Shown here: piece after piece, positions 45,840 through 60,434 of the stretch
Position numbering within the stretch: the first letter of the stretch is position 1
Layout of the letters: every line of letters begins with the position of its first letter
From: Octopus vulgaris
Taxonomy: Eukaryota
NCBI GenBank assembly: GCA_951406725.2
Contig: OX597823.1
Span: 103,850,001 to 103,914,000 of the forward strand
Direction of reading: 5' to 3'
Length of the DNA stretch: 64,000 bases
Position numbers and translations under genes: made by a program
The notes under the pieces: model-generated
What the model saw: only the letters and a program-made list of their open reading frames with translations
Database searches by the model: none
Told to the model about the DNA's origin: nothing

Positions 45840-46710
45840 TTCACATACCAGAAGAAGTCGAGGCGTGATATTTGCAGTTGAGGCCGATCAGTTCCATATG
45901 TGCACGGAACGCTCTGCGAAGGTCGGGCACTCGTGGTCTGCGAAGGACTGAAAACAAGACAAGGAGCTGTTCACGTTTCCTTTGTGCCACCGCTATTCTG
46001 CTTGTAGGAGTGGCAACTCTGTTGGTGCAGCTTCGTCATACAGGGCAATCTTGCGCTTGTCATTTTTGAGATGTCGGAGCTGGTCTAAAAGTTCTTCAAC
46101 GAAGATTTGAGTTTGTCCTTGAAGCGCTTTTTCTGTCTATATTACGTGATCTTGCCTTCTGCTTGTTCTCTCTAGAAAAGTCTGTAGGACTTGGGCAGGG
46201 CGTAGACGCTTGGCAGATCAGTCCGTGTCTGAAACCATTCTTGCCAGGTTATTTTCAACGGGTAGTTCTTGAGGATGTGTAGAGTAGAGTTGGCAGTATA
46301 ACTGTTTGCTACACCGTCATCTTGGTATCCAGCCTAATACCTCTCCTCTCCCACACCGATTCACGTAGCTGCACAGATGCTGAACTATCCTTGGCGATGC
46401 GTGTGTCGACCTCATCGTCAATGTTTACATATCTGGAGAGTGTGCTGACGAGGAACATGGTACTTATCAACAGCCTTCATCATTTACCCTTCGACAGTGA
46501 TAGAGGGTTCTGCACACGACTTCTGACGGGCAGATTGGTACACTTCTGAGTGGTGATTTTGATGCCGAAATTGTTGCAAGCAGTGGAAAAGCTCTACTGC
46601 ATCTGGACCTTTGTAGCAGCATTGAGTGCGCAGTCACTTGTGAACAGGAAATCGCATACTGAGTCTTCTTTCACCTTCGTCTTTGTCTGTAGTCCACATC
46701 TTCTGCAAAC
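45840..46710 (-). mobile_element. RTE-clade LINE RT/C-terminal fragment, decayed
   Basis: Minus-strand translation TKTKV..DFLF(TSD)CALNAA..ACNNFGI..IDDEVDTRIAKDSSA..VWERRGIRLDTK. Confidence 0.75.
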
Positions 46711-47015
46711 ACGACAGACATGATTTTTGGACAGGTGCACTATTATTTATGTCTCTGTTGTTTCGAGATTTATTTAAGTCTGTGTTGCTTCGAGATCAAC
46801 ATGCACACCCAGCCCAGATGGCGACTATGGTAAGTGCTATTACTCTGGATCTGAGTAGAGCTGGGAACAATAATTGCAAAGCGGTGGTTCTACATTCCTC
46901 AAAACCTGGAACTCCTGAACCAGGAACGCAGTACCGAATGCAGTTTAAAGTCATACCCAGGGCAACATACACACACACTCACACAAACACACACAAACAC
47001 AGAGTCACTCACGCA

Positions 47016-47078
<63 letters not shown>

Positions 47079-47509
47079 TCACATACGCTTACGTACGCAG
47101 ACACAAATACAGACACAAATTTAAGTTCAGATCCGTTAACATACTAGGCGGGCCAACATTTTAAAGCAAGGTACTTAATAACATCTGATGGAGTATAAAT
47201 ATCTTTATTTGTATGATGGCAATTACAAAACTGCCCTTCTGGCTCCCAGTATGCATGTATGTTGATTTGTATTTGCAAGCACGTATTTGTGCGTCACGTG
47301 TGCGCACGTGATTACGTATGAGTGTTTATGAGAGTTAAAACGAATCAGTATAAGAATGTCAATATCTTAACTACTCAGGTAATTTCTCTCTTTCTGTCCG
47401 TATGTGTGTGGGTGTTTACATATATACATATATCTACATACATATATATGTATGTTTGTATAACATTATATGTAATGATGCCAGTAGTACTTACCCTAGA
47501 TATAGAAAC

Positions 47510-48100
47510 AAAGACTGGAATAAAATACAAAGAACTTGTGACAAAGCAAACAGGGCGAGCCCGTTGTATAAAACCGACAAATATCAAGGAGTGATGTTTG
47601 TAGAGGCCACAGGCCATGGAGAACTAGCCTGTAGACTTAAAAAGCTGTGAAAGAGACCAAACTCAACATTAAGATTGTTGAAACTCCAGGGAACTCCATC
47701 GGATCACAATTATGTAGGCCTTACCCCTTTAAGAATACCATATGCACCAATGATAACTGCATGATATGTAGGATTAACCCTGACATTAGCTATAGAACTA
47801 GAAATGAAGTTTACAGCATAATATACATAGAAGGTGCTTGTAAAGACATGAGCATGACGTACAAAGGGGAGACATCTCGGAGCATTGCGGAACGACTAAA
47901 TGGACATCTGAGACAATATGACGACAAAAAACAGTCCTTTATACTCTAACAACATGCCAAGGACTAACATAGAGGCAACTTCAGTCAACTTGGCATCCGC
48001 ATCTTATCCAAGCTCCCAAAGGACCCAACACTCAGACAAATACAGGAATACGTCCTCATAAATGAAAGTTCCCCAATACTAAACAGGAAATATGCATAGT
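47510..48100 (+). mobile_element. Penelope-like GIY-YIG endonuclease relic
   Basis: IKIVETPG..C..DNCMIC..RNEVYSI..C..YKGETSRSIAERLNGH..RQIQE..I..PILN. Homologous to 23476-23840. Confidence 0.8.
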
Positions 48101-48695
48101 AGATATCATACCTCCATACCCGCAGTTTACATAGGTAGAGTAGAAAAGTTAGTGGGCTGTTATGTAGATAGATGCGTATATGTGTGTGTACATGGGTATG
48201 TATATATGCATATGCACATGTATGTAAGCATATCGATATGAAAGTAAACAGGATAGGTACATAGGTTATATGAACAGACAAGCACACATACACAAATGAA
48301 GACTGAATCACATGACCATGTATACACACACCAACTTTACACAAGGACACATATGGAGACACACGTCCACACTTATGGAGATATACATCCATACATACAA
48401 ACACAGTTCATAGTTGCAAAGCAAACACACGCTCACGCACACACTCAGACATGCACACATAAGGAGATAGAGGTGCACACACACATACATAAAAACACAC
48501 AAACACGGAAACACAAACACATGAATATACAGAATACATACGTGCAAATGGTTACACATACATACACATATACATATGCACACACACATATGTGAATGTG
48601 TGAATGCGTGAATGTGTGTATCTATACCAATGCACACCTATATGAATATGTGTATTGGCATAGATACACACACACACACCTGTGTGTATGCGATC

Positions 48696-48743
<48 letters not shown>

Positions 48744-49399
48744 TTGTATTTGCATATGCATAACGTTCGAGGGTTTTTATCCCTTTCCGTATTCAGTTAC
48801 CTGTACTTTAGCGTAGTAATAAAATGTTTCATACTGACATTTCTATGATATTCTATAACTATCTATGCGCATGCGTAAGTGTATTTGTTTTCATGGTAAC
48901 CAAAACGAAAAACAAAACAAAACAGAATTGTGATGACATTCGGCGACAACTCATTGGAAACATTATTTATTGATTAATTATATTTATAATTGAAACAACT
49001 CCATTGCTTTGACGGAAGCGAATCTAACATATTTATCATACTAAACTTCGTAACCTACCGTCTAACTATATGTATAGTTATGCGAATAAGTGTATGTACA
49101 CACTAAAGCACACATATGCGTGCACTCTCGCATACACATGCAAACGCACACGCTTACTCACACACGCCTGTATAAATGTATATATGCTTATACAAGCAAC
49201 ACATTTTTTCAATATATATACGTGTGTGTGTGTGTGTCTGTGTGTGTACTTATATTCCTACAGAGTGAGAAGGGGGAGATAAATGTATGAGTGTGTATAA
49301 GTATGTGTGTATATACATACACACACATACGCCCGCACGCACACACACACACACACACACATACACACACACAGGCACAGGTATTAAGCTTGTGATTTC

Positions 49400-50400
49400 G
49401 CAGACGGACTCGTTGAAGATGGAGCTTACTGTGGAAGATTTTGCCATCAAGTGGCAGAGACTAGAAAATGGTATTTGGCGAGGTATACAATATCCGTTTT
49501 GTTGTTGTGGCTGTCGTAAATCTTCTACCAGGAATGAAAGGAAAGCAATCTAGCATTCAAAAACGCGTTTGACTTTAAGCTCCCTGAAAATTCAACAGAG
49601 AATGGATAATTGAGAAATAATATCTTCGGTAATCAAGAGTCTGTGATTTCAACAATTCGGGAAAAAGAATCCAATCCAATACCTTGGAAAGAATTATAAC
49701 ATCACCCTGAAAGACAACGGCAAAGACACTGAAACGCAAATAAACTCTGATTTAGGACAGTTGACAAAAGTCGACTACTTGGAATTTATGGAAAGGTGCT
49801 TCCAGTATGGCATCATGTCCAAACTACAACGGCCATTCTTTCTTTATGACTTTGCACTGATGCAGGGGGAGTCAAAATAGTGAGTGTGCTGTAAGTTCGT
49901 ACAAAGGTGGCTAGGCGTTCCCTCCTTTATCAGCTCGATCAAGCTGCACTACGAGATCTTTAAGCTCTGCGTACCAGTTCTATCAGTAGTTGAAGAATTC
50001 AAAGGCATTAAGGTTAAAGAGATTCAGTACATTGATGAGAGAAACAGACACACCAACAAGAGCATAAAAGTGACAGGAAGTGGAAGCTTCAGTAAGCTGT
50101 GAAGGAATGGAAAGCGTACAGGCATCGCCAAGCGATTGCTGGAGAGATCAGTAGTTGGCAAATGATAGAGGATTGTCGATGTCACGGGCAAGCGAGTGCC
50201 AATAGACCACAGGGTTCGATATTCGACAGAAGAAACTGTCGTGTAAAAGTGGTAGTGTTTGCCTATCAGGCAGTGAGATCAGGAATTTGAGCGAATGTTG
50301 TCTGGAGGGAACTCTGGAATATTACCAAGGGAAATATGTTTCTCACCTGTATTTTGTCGCTGACCTCTCCTCAACGCTGAATATCATGAAATTTTCGGTA
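49400..50400 (-). mobile_element. Possible highly decayed Penelope-like RT relic
   Basis: Only LKDL..RADKGG on the minus strand (about 49920-49965) is recognisable. Confidence 0.3.
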
Positions 50401-52702
50401 AAATAGAAAGACTCGTCTTACAAGCAGCGTGGAGTAACTATTTGCACCCAGAACTACATTTTGACAGTATGCTCAACTCTACTCAACTCTACTCACAGGT
50501 GTAGAATAGAGTTGACAGCATAAGACTAAATGATAGTCCAACACAAATGGGAGGCATGGCAAGACCCTTAGAGAAATTGCCAAATTAAGGCCAACAAGCA
50601 TTAGGCATCACCATCCAAAGGAATAATATAATCTGGCGGAATGTTTGGGGATATGGCCTGAGCAGGGATAGAGTGTACAGAGTATACTCAAACCAGAGGT
50701 GTTCCCCGAATGCTGGCATCAGATTAGATTGCGTTAAAGGTACCCAAAGATCAATTAGTGATGATACTCTCTCGGATCTTTTTCGTTTGAACCATTTTGC
50801 TCAATTTAAAAAAAATGAAAATTCACAGATGTCTACACACCACACGCACAAAAACACACAATGGGCGTAGGGAAGTATATCTCTTACCTCTTACAAAGCC
50901 TTACTTGTACCAAGTCCAGCAGAGCGATATTTTATGTTCTTGAATGGTGGACTTTATTGGTCACTCACTTGAACACCACCATCATCACATCAACTTGGGT
51001 GATTTCAGCAGGGTCCACTTTATTACAAGGATTCAGTTCAGTTCTCCAGACTGAGGGCAACTTCCCTCCTCCCACACATTACACTGTGTAATGAATTTTT
51101 TCTTTTTCTTTGGCCAGTAACTGTTATTTCCTATTTGCTTCTAGCTAGGAATCAAAGGAAATGACTTCTCTTCCCTTCAAACTCTGATTTTGTCACCTGG
51201 ACATCAATGCAGGCTAATTAAGAAAATTATATCCGTTTATTTCTTTGAAATATTAGATGTAAAAGCCGTTATGGACCTTTAAAATAAAAAAAAATTGCTG
51301 ATTATAGCCAATCAGAACCTCCCATTATCGTTAAAAATCGCAACTGTCATGTTTCCATAGCAACAAAATTTCCCTAATCAAACCATCATTAACACTCGCC
51401 ATAATAGTAAAATATCAACACATAATGTCATTAGCGCCACCACTACTATCACTACTACTACTACCACCACAACTATCACTACTACTATCACCACCACCAA
51501 AACCGCCACCACCACCGTCATTACACCAACCAATGTCTCCACTATTTCATCGAAGACCACCGTCACTTCTCTAAGAAATATTACCACCACTAAGACCACC
51601 ACCACCACATCACCATCAGAGCATTCTTCATAAACACCACCGCCACAACCACCACCACCATCAGCATATCAACAACAGCCAATGTCGTCATCACCATCAC
51701 CACAACTACTACAACCCAATCAAGAAAATCACGACCACAACTTTTACTGTAACCGCCGCCACTACCACCACCACCACCACCACCACAGCCACCGCTGCCA
51801 CCGCCGCCGCCAACACCAATAACGACAACGACGACAACAACATCAAAAATGGAGCTGATAACAGCTTTTATTAAATTTTTGTCATCTTTAGATGTTTTGT
51901 AATGTCCTCGTTTTTCTACCAGATTGCGATTGGAAAGGTATTTGCAGTAACAATAAAGTTAGTAGTGATGATGGTAGTAGTTTTGGTGGTGGTGGTGGGG
52001 ATGTTGGTGACAACGGTTGTGGTAGTGATGACAGTACTGGTAAAGGCGGTGTGGGTAGGTTATGGGGGTAATAGTGGTAGGGAGGATAAAATCAACGCCA
52101 ACACGTGCAATTGCGATTTCCGGTATATCGAAAACGGAGAGTTCTGATTGGCTAAAGCTGGAAAAAGAAATCTCAGTCTATAAAGGTTCGTAACTTGTTT
52201 TCTTATTAAATTCTCGTAAAAACATGAATGTGATTTTCGTAAATAGCATGCAAAACTACATACATATGTGGAGAAAATTTCCCAAAAGATCGATCAGTGT
52301 TTCAGACAGGTGGGGAAAGCCTGCTTTCTTGTGAGTACGTGTGTGAGTATACATACGTATATGCCAACATACATACATACATACATACATACATAGATAC
52401 ATACATACATACATACATACATACATACATACATACATACATACATACATACATACATACATCCGTGCAAACATGCGTGCACATACACACACACGCACAC
52501 ACACAAACCACATAGTTAACATCATAAGGACTGAGAAAATTTTTTTTTCAACCGGTCAATCTCGAGGCAAATATCGCTAGAAATAACAGGTTGTGTAAAT
52601 ATATTATGAAAAAAAATAAACTTTTGTATATAAGAAGTTGAAGGCTGCCGATGGGACCTAGATAGATAGATGGTTAGATAGGTAGATAGATAGTTAGATA
52701 GG

Positions 52703-52816
<114 letters not shown>

Positions 52817-53020
52817 CATAGATAGATAGATAAAGAGATAAAAATAAAAAATAAATAAAGGCTATAATAAAATACAGAATAGTAAATAATAATGTAAGAA
52901 GCCTGCCTCTGAACTGCATGGGTTAGTGTATTTTTACTATAGTCTCGGGCTGGCCAAATCCTTGTGAGTAGATTTGGTAGACAGAAACTGAAACACACAC
53001 ACACACTCACGCACAAATAT

Positions 53021-53096
<76 letters not shown>

Positions 53097-53358
53097 ATTA
53101 GGGCTTAGTAAAATAAATTACTTTGCCACATACTGAACTTAGTAGAAATAGCAGCCAAAAAAAATTTTCTTAGCATTTCTACAACTTAAAGAAAATTTCT
53201 CTCAGATAATGTTTACTCCAGATAGCCCACGAAGGTTTGGAGGTAAATACAGAAAAATATCACAAGTACATAGATCGTTTGAGTACGTCAACGTTTCAAA
53301 ACTTCGCTGTTGGGTGGAGTTCCTTCTTTTTAGTGTTTCCAAATCCAAATTAAGAAAT

Positions 53359-53421
53359 TTTGAGCTGACGATAGAAATGCTGATTTTATTTGGCTAATCT
53401 TGAAACGTTGACGTACTCAAA
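53359..53421 (+). ncRNA. Type I hammerhead ribozyme, canonical core (unit 1)
   Basis: tttgag CUGACGA [aga..gctga/ttggc..tct] GAAACG-UUGA-CGUA ctcaaa. Predicted cut after 53415. Confidence 0.85.
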
Positions 53422-53920
53422 CGATCTATGTACTTGTGATATTTTTCTGTATTTACCTCCAAACCTTCGTGGGCTATCTGGAGTAAACATTATCTGAGAG
53501 AAATTTTCTTTAAGTTGTAGAAATGCTAAGAAAATTTTTTTGGCTGCTATTTCTACTAAGTTCAGTATGTGGCAAAGTAATTTATTTTACTAAGCCCTAA
53601 TTATATAATGTAAAATTTTGAATTCGCCTTGAATGGTCCTTTTACATACTGAACACTTGGTCAAATTGATTAATTAATTAATTTTACCCTCAATTGTTGA
53701 TATTATAATTCATTTCTCTCGGTCATACTGCCTCGGTTCTCGCGGTTAAAATATAATGTTTGCTAGATAGACCACGTGGGTGGAAGCGGATTGAAGAAAT
53801 TTACGCCTGCGCATTTTGAATTTGTTGACACTGTTAGTCGGAGTGGTTCATCTGAAGCGATAACTTCGCTGTTGGGTGGAGTTCCTTCTTTTTAGTGTTT
53901 CCAAATCCAAATTAAGAAAT

Positions 53921-53983
53921 TTTGAGCTGACGATAGAAATGCTGATTTTATTTGGCTAATCTTGAAACGTTGACGTACTCAAA
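53921..53983 (+). ncRNA. Type I hammerhead ribozyme (unit 2)
   Basis: Same sequence as unit 1. Predicted cut after 53977. Confidence 0.85.
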
Positions 53984-54482
53984 CGATCTATGTACTTGTG
54001 ATATTTTTCTGTATTTACCTCCAAACCTTCGTGGGCTATCTGGAGTAAACATTATCTGAGAGAAATTTTCTTTAAGTTGTAGAAATGCTAAGAAAATTTT
54101 TTTGGCTGCTATTTCTACTAAGTTCAGTATGTGGCAAAGTAATTTATTTTACTAAGCCCTAATTATATAATGTAAAATTTTGAATTCGCCTTGAATGGTC
54201 CTTTTACATACTGAACACTTGGTGAAATTGATTAATTAATTAATTTTACCCTCAATTGTTGATATTATAATTCATTTCTCTCGGTCATACTGCCTCGGTT
54301 CTCGCGGTTAAAATATAATGTTTGCTAGATAGACCACGTGGGTGGAAGCGGATTGAAGAAATTTACGCCTGCGCATTTTGAATTTGTTGACACTGTTAGT
54401 CGGAGTGGTTCATCTGAAGCGATAACTTCGCTGTTGGGTGGAGTTCCTTCTTTTTAGTGTTTCCAAATCCAAATTAAGAAAT

Positions 54483-54545
54483 TTTGAGCTGACGATAGAA
54501 ATGCTGATTTTATTTGGCTAATCTTGAAACGTTGACGTACTCAAA
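54483..54545 (+). ncRNA. Type I hammerhead ribozyme (unit 3)
   Basis: Same sequence as unit 1. Predicted cut after 54539. Confidence 0.85.
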
Positions 54546-54823
54546 CGATCTATGTACTTGTGATATTTTTCTGTATTTACCTCCAAACCTTCGTGGGCTA
54601 TCTGGAGTAAACATTATCTGAGAGAAATTTTCTTTAAGTTGTAGAAATGCTAAGAAAATTTTTTTGGCTGCTATTTCTACTAAGTTCAGTATGTGGCAAA
54701 GTAATTTATTTTACTAAGCCCTAATTATATAATGTAAAATTTTGAATTCGCCTTGAATGGTCCTTTTACATACTGAACACTTGGTGAAATTGATTAATTA
54801 ATTAATTTTACCCTCAATTGTTG

Positions 54824-54901
<78 letters not shown>

Positions 54902-54990
54902 AGAGAGTTTACGAAAAAAACAAATGACGAAGACGGGTGGTGTAGAAAACAAACAGATGTATTAGTATAACGCTCAGGAAGTGAAAAAGT

Positions 54991-55026
54991 CTTTTACGTT
55001 TCGAGCCTACGCTTTTCTACAGAAAG
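54991..55026 (-). ncRNA. Minimal hammerhead-like motif (CUGUAGA variant) in solo pLTR 54900-55110
   Basis: cttt CUGUAGA a AAGC-guag-GCUC GAAACGUA aaag. Homologous to 43046-43083. Confidence 0.5.
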
Positions 55027-55600
55027 GGAGAGAAACAAGGAGAGAAAAAAAGGAGAGAAAAAAATGTGTGTAGTGTCTAACGATCTATCATGGCGACTGA
55101 CTGCCGGACAGAAGTATATATATACTGGGCGTTATGTTTATTGAGTGAAAACACCTAAAAGACCACAAGGTTCCCGGCAGGGGTTGGTGGCGAACCCTGC
55201 TGTACTCCTTCACCACAACTTTCTCTCACTGTTTGCTTCTGTTGAACATGTATTTCAAAGGGACAGCCTTGTAACACTCTCAATCTCCCCGAGAACTGCA
55301 TTAAGGGTACACGTGTCTGTGGAGTGCTCAGCCACTTGCACATTAATTTCACGAGCAGGCTGTTCCGTCGATCGGATCAACTGAAACTTACCGACAGAGT
55401 TCCACGATATATAATCTTTCTATAATATGTAATTTTTCTAAATGGTATAATTTAATTTTGCATTATTGAATAGATAAAAGGTGTTTTTTTTTAATAATTT
55501 ATATATATATATATATATTATATTTGTGAAATTTGATTCATTTAGTATTTCTAAATTGAATTTTTCCCTGTAAGTTTGGAATAATATTCCCTCATGTTAC

Positions 55601-55653
<53 letters not shown>

Positions 55654-56299
55654 CATGTCTGTCTGTATGTATGTATGTATCTATGTGTGTGTCTGTGTTT
55701 GTGTTTTTCTTCCCAGCATTACTTGACAACCGATATTAATGTGCTTGCGTCCTGGGGTCGATTATTCGTCTAAAACTCCATGCTCCAGCATGGCCGCAGT
55801 CTAATGACTGAAATAGGTAAAAAAGTAAAAGAAGCAACATACAAAAGAATGGATAGATTATACTGCTTCTGAGGAACCTCAGTATTCTATCTTTTTGTTG
55901 CTTGAGTCCTAAGAAGCTGTGTGATCTATACTATCATACGCACATGCAAGTACGAAACAACTAGCGCTGCAACAATATGAATTGACTTTCATGATAAATA
56001 ATGCATTCTTGCATAGATTCTGTAGGTGCAGGATTTGTCGTTTCAACCGAATCCAGTATTTGATTGATATTTTATGAAGTCGACCACGAAAGGATAATTA
56101 TGCTAATTAACTGTCTATGTTATAAAATAAAGGATAATAATGGAACCCAAAACCAGCTAACACAAACGTGGTTAACACTCCTGTAATGAACAAGTCAACA
56201 ACTGGCTGCGCAATTTTTCAGAAATAGTAACGAAATTACTTTTAAAACGTACCTCGTCCTCTTTCAGAAAGGAAGGGCACATTTGACTATGTAGTCTCT

Positions 56300-56515
56300 G
56301 ATATTCAAAAATCGGAACTGATATTGCAAAGCATTTCGCCCGGCTCTCTGATAGCTTCACCAATCTACCGTCCTGGATTTCTAATTTTTCTTTATCGACC
56401 AGGAGAAGGGAAAAGACAAAGTTTACTTCGTCAGGATTTGAACTCAGAACGCAGAGCGTCGGTATAAATACCACGATGTATTCTTTTCAAGACGCTAACG
56501 GCGCTGCCAATTCGC
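56300..56515 (-). mobile_element. tRNA-derived SINE fragments (family of 36678)
   Basis: gcatttcgcccggc, ggatttgaactcagaacg and gctgccaattcgc match the reverse complement of the SINE head. Confidence 0.6.
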
Positions 56516-57608
56516 TGTATTGTAAAAAAAATAACCATAATGAACAGCGATAGCGTCAACAAAAGCACATTACCATAATAATAACTTGTTCAAAATCTAC
56601 ATAAGTGCAATAGAGAGAATACATTAGCTAGATACAAAACAATAGAAGGACCTTAACCTGTCGCTGCGGATTCTGAGATTGAATCTGGCTTTTAAGACTC
56701 AGTTCAGGAAGAAACCTTAAAACTCCTCTCAACAAAATCCATTCCAAAGTAAAAGGAAAAGTCTTTTCGTTTTAGAGTAACAATTTATCGCTGAAGGGCA
56801 GAAAAATTACAAGAATGTCAACTGAAAACCTAGCAATGATTGATCGTATAAGTAGACGAACACTTAGCATAAATAGAACAAATAGAAACCTCGGATTTAT
56901 AGACATTCTATAGACTATATACTGAGTTACAATTAACATTGAATAGAAGCAGTATCAACATTGACAGACTTACGAGGTAGTACATGGCATTTTAGAAGCT
57001 ACTATTTTTAAGTGTGCAATAAATTCACAGGCTATCGGCAGCAACATAGCAAGAAATCAGTCAAACTGGAAGACAAAATCTTAAGAACAAAGGAAAATTT
57101 TGAATTTAGCGGTGGAGGACAATAATTATTTTTTAGGGGCTTAGTCAGAAAAGGAAAGGAAGTGTCTGTGTCGTATTTCAGGACTTCAGTAGCTGATGGC
57201 AGGAGAGAATAAGCTGTCTCATACAAGAGACCTGAACAAATGTTTGCATCTAAGAGAATTTTGTTAAACAGTCGTGCATTAATAGTAAATAAATGAATAT
57301 ACAAAAGAATGAAAACTCATTCCACTCGCAAAATACTTCATGCTTTTTTCAACGACGAACCATCGCTGATCTCGAAAAAGGAGGAATAAGCTCTATTAAA
57401 TCTTCGAGAGAGATATAAACGGTAGCAGTATGGAATTGTAACGCATAATTGCCAACCAAGTTTGGTGTCCTTTTCAGGGCAGTTCTATTGACGATTATAG
57501 CCCCAGGAAGACATCTATTCAGGGTGGCTAACGCGAGATCAGGGACAGTTTGTCGCTGGAAAAAGCATATCGTTTTTTGCGAGTGGAATGAGTTTTTATC
57601 AATAGCTA

Positions 57609-57667
57609 GTGATTAACACACGCCGAGGACGGGTAACCACCCAGAAACTCGAGTCCGTGTGTATCAC
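57609..57667 (+). ncRNA. Type I hammerhead motif, family B (CCGAGGA, U4C)
   Basis: gtgat..acacacg CCGAGGA c GGGU-aacc-ACCC a GAAAC-UCGA-GUC cgtgtgt atcac. Host element about 57300-57865 with inverted 57311-57336/57571-57597. Confidence 0.72.
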
Positions 57668-57862
57668 GTAAGGCTAGAGATGGGAACGATGACCTCCTCT
57701 CGCAAATATTAACCAGACACAGAATATGTGTCGTTAGCCAGCTGGAGGAGTTGTCTTCCCGGGCTATAGACATCAGTATCACTATCCTGTATAGGATGCG
57801 ACACATGGTTGGCAATTATATGTTACGATTCCGTGTTGCTACTGTTTATATCTCGTTCAGAG

Positions 57863-57919
<57 letters not shown>

Positions 57920-58073
57920 AAAGAGGGATCATTCTTGTTTGGCTGTACAGGTGCGTGTGTGACTATATATATATATTCACCTCTCTGTCTATATACCTAC
58001 CCTCTTTGAAATGTTGGAAAATGGAATAAGTATAAAAATGAACATTGTCAATTTAATTTTTAAAAATTCCATA

Positions 58074-58160
58074 TGTGGTTGAAGAGTGCTCTACATTTAA
58101 AACTGATGTAATACTTACATTGTTTAATTAAATGAAGTAGCATGAAACGATTGTACTACA
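58074..58160 (+). ncRNA. Type I hammerhead motif, family A (C3U, probably decayed)
   Basis: tgtgg UUGAAGA gtgct...agcat GAAAC-GAUU-GUA ctaca. Homologous to 11015 and 13452. Confidence 0.6.
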
Positions 58161-58191
58161 CTACCTTTGGATATCCTTGCTGCTTATTTTG

Positions 58192-58238
<47 letters not shown>

Positions 58239-58627
58239 GCACCTATACAGCCAAACAACAAGAATGATCCCTCTTTCTCTTACATGACTACCGCACTCGT
58301 TCTGCTTACAAAATTTCAGTAGCAATGCTTTGCCTTATAAGAGTCACGTAGATGACCCTTCACCTGGGTCTAGGTTTTGGGATCGCATCAAAATGTCTGT
58401 AGTTGCGATGCAGAATATTCAACCCTACAATTACACCTTCAAAATAATACGAACTTGTAGAACAAGTAAGTCTAAGTTCATTATATACATCAATAACTGT
58501 CACTTACCTCTCAATCCACCGATTGTACTTTGAACTATCTATCTATATACATACATAGATACCCACACACGTACACACACACATATATACATAGTTAATG
58601 TATAATTATACAAACACATGTATGTAT

Positions 58628-58817
58628 AACCATAAAATCAGGAGCTATGAGTTGTGAATATATACTTATCTAACCAGGTGGCTTCTTCGTGTATTATTAA
58701 TTTCTTCCGTACGGAAACTAATAGTACATGAAGGGTACGTAACGGCTGTAACTATATAGAAGTCACGTGGTTAAATAAATATGTCTTCACTTCTCATACC
58801 TCCTGAATTTATGGTTT
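58628..58817. repeat. Imperfect foldback (MITE-like)
   Basis: aaccataaaatcaggag..taaccaggtggcttct mirrored by agaagtcacgtggtta..ctcctgaatttatggtt. Confidence 0.7.
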
Positions 58818-58819
58818 TA

Positions 58820-58980
58820 CTAGCAGTATCGCCCGGCGTAGCTCAGGTTTGTAAGAGAAATAACTATAAAGCATTTTTAGAGTTATAGCCAAAAAATAGC
58901 AAAAAAATGGAGGGTGAGGGTACAAGCAAACAGACACACAGAAACACGCACAGACAAACTGCCGTTTATATATAGAGAGA
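58820..58980 (-). mobile_element. Short non-autonomous Helitron-like element
   Basis: Same 3' end (hairpin plus CTAG) as 17940. 5' end A|TCTCTCTATATATAAAC. Confidence 0.7.
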
Positions 58981-59137
58981 TATACTCATTCGTTGGTCGC
59001 ATCCTCTGGCTTTTCAGAAGCATGGGCACCCTACATTGCGCTTTTCTTTAATTGATTACATTGTCGACTGATAGCCGAGGCCATTAGAGGAGCATTCTAT
59101 GATAGCGGCACGATACTCCGAATCCACATTTTATACG

Positions 59138-59264
<127 letters not shown>

Positions 59265-59834
59265 CAGATACAGAAACCACAGATACTACAAACCACATAC
59301 GTGTGTGTATTTGTGTGTGTGTGTGTGTGCGTGTGTGTGCGTACGTGCGCGTGCGAGCGTGTGTGTGTATGTGTGTGCTTTTGTCATGTCATACGAAGAT
59401 GTATCCGCCTTTTGACAAGTTACATAAATTCTTAAGGTAATGCATAGTATATAGTAATAGATTTCTGATCCTTACCAGATATAGGGTGTTACCCTAGGGT
59501 CTCTGCCTGTATGCGTATGAGCTTGACGATACACGTACGTATCAGTAGACGGCATCACCCCTCCCTAACGCCCCCACCCACGACACTTGTCTCTCACTCT
59601 CTTTCTCTCTTCCTCCCTTTTTAGCATATCTCTAAGACTGATCCATTCCTCTTTCCAGTTGTTTGCGATTTGTTCTCATATATATATATATACACATATA
59701 CACATACATACATACATATATACAATATAATATGCGTATACATATGCATACACAAATACATACACACATTTATATATATATATATATGCATGTATGTACA
59801 CACACACGGCATTTATATAAAAATAAATAAATAA

Positions 59835-59893
<59 letters not shown>

Positions 59894-60434
59894 TACATAT
59901 TTATAGATGCATACATTTGCAAGCAATCTCGCACATGCACACACACTTATACAGGCGCACGCATGCGTACGTATGTACATACATATATCTATTTGCGTTG
60001 TCAGTTTTAACTACATCCTTGCATTCCTTCTGGAAGTGAACTCGTTGTGAGATGCAACTGGAACCAGCTTCATGATGGACTCACTAAAAACGGAGGTCTC
60101 ACTACTCTTCTGTCTTGTATCATATGACAGCTGGTTCGGAGGTCCGGAAATTAAGTCTTTGACAGGAAATGAATGTAACAGCAGCGACCTGTCACCAGTG
60201 ACCAGTCGACATAAAACAAACCCGTCCCTTCGGCGGCATTTTTATTCCTCAGAGAATGTAGAGCAACAATAATGGTTAATGGTTTTCACATGGACACGAG
60301 AAGACGTCCTGGGTTATCTACCGTGTTTGCAGACATGATTGGTATAACATTCACTATTGAACTAATATATTTTCTTTACTTAATAAAAAATGTTTGCGTT
60401 TGTGTTTTTTATACTCTTTACATTAAATAATTTA

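Larger units (their letters stand above)
53090..54827 (+). mobile_element. TA-flanked retrozyme-like array: 210-bp inverted head plus 2.7 near-identical 562-bp monomers
   Basis: aacttcgctgttggg at 53300, 53862 and 54424. 53090-53299 is the reverse complement of 53400-53609. One HHR per unit. Confidence 0.88.

Noticed and set aside
53300-54827. Tandem array as CRISPR or plain satellite
   Set aside because: No unique spacers and a eukaryotic context. The HHR per unit and the inverted head fit a retro-derived array better.
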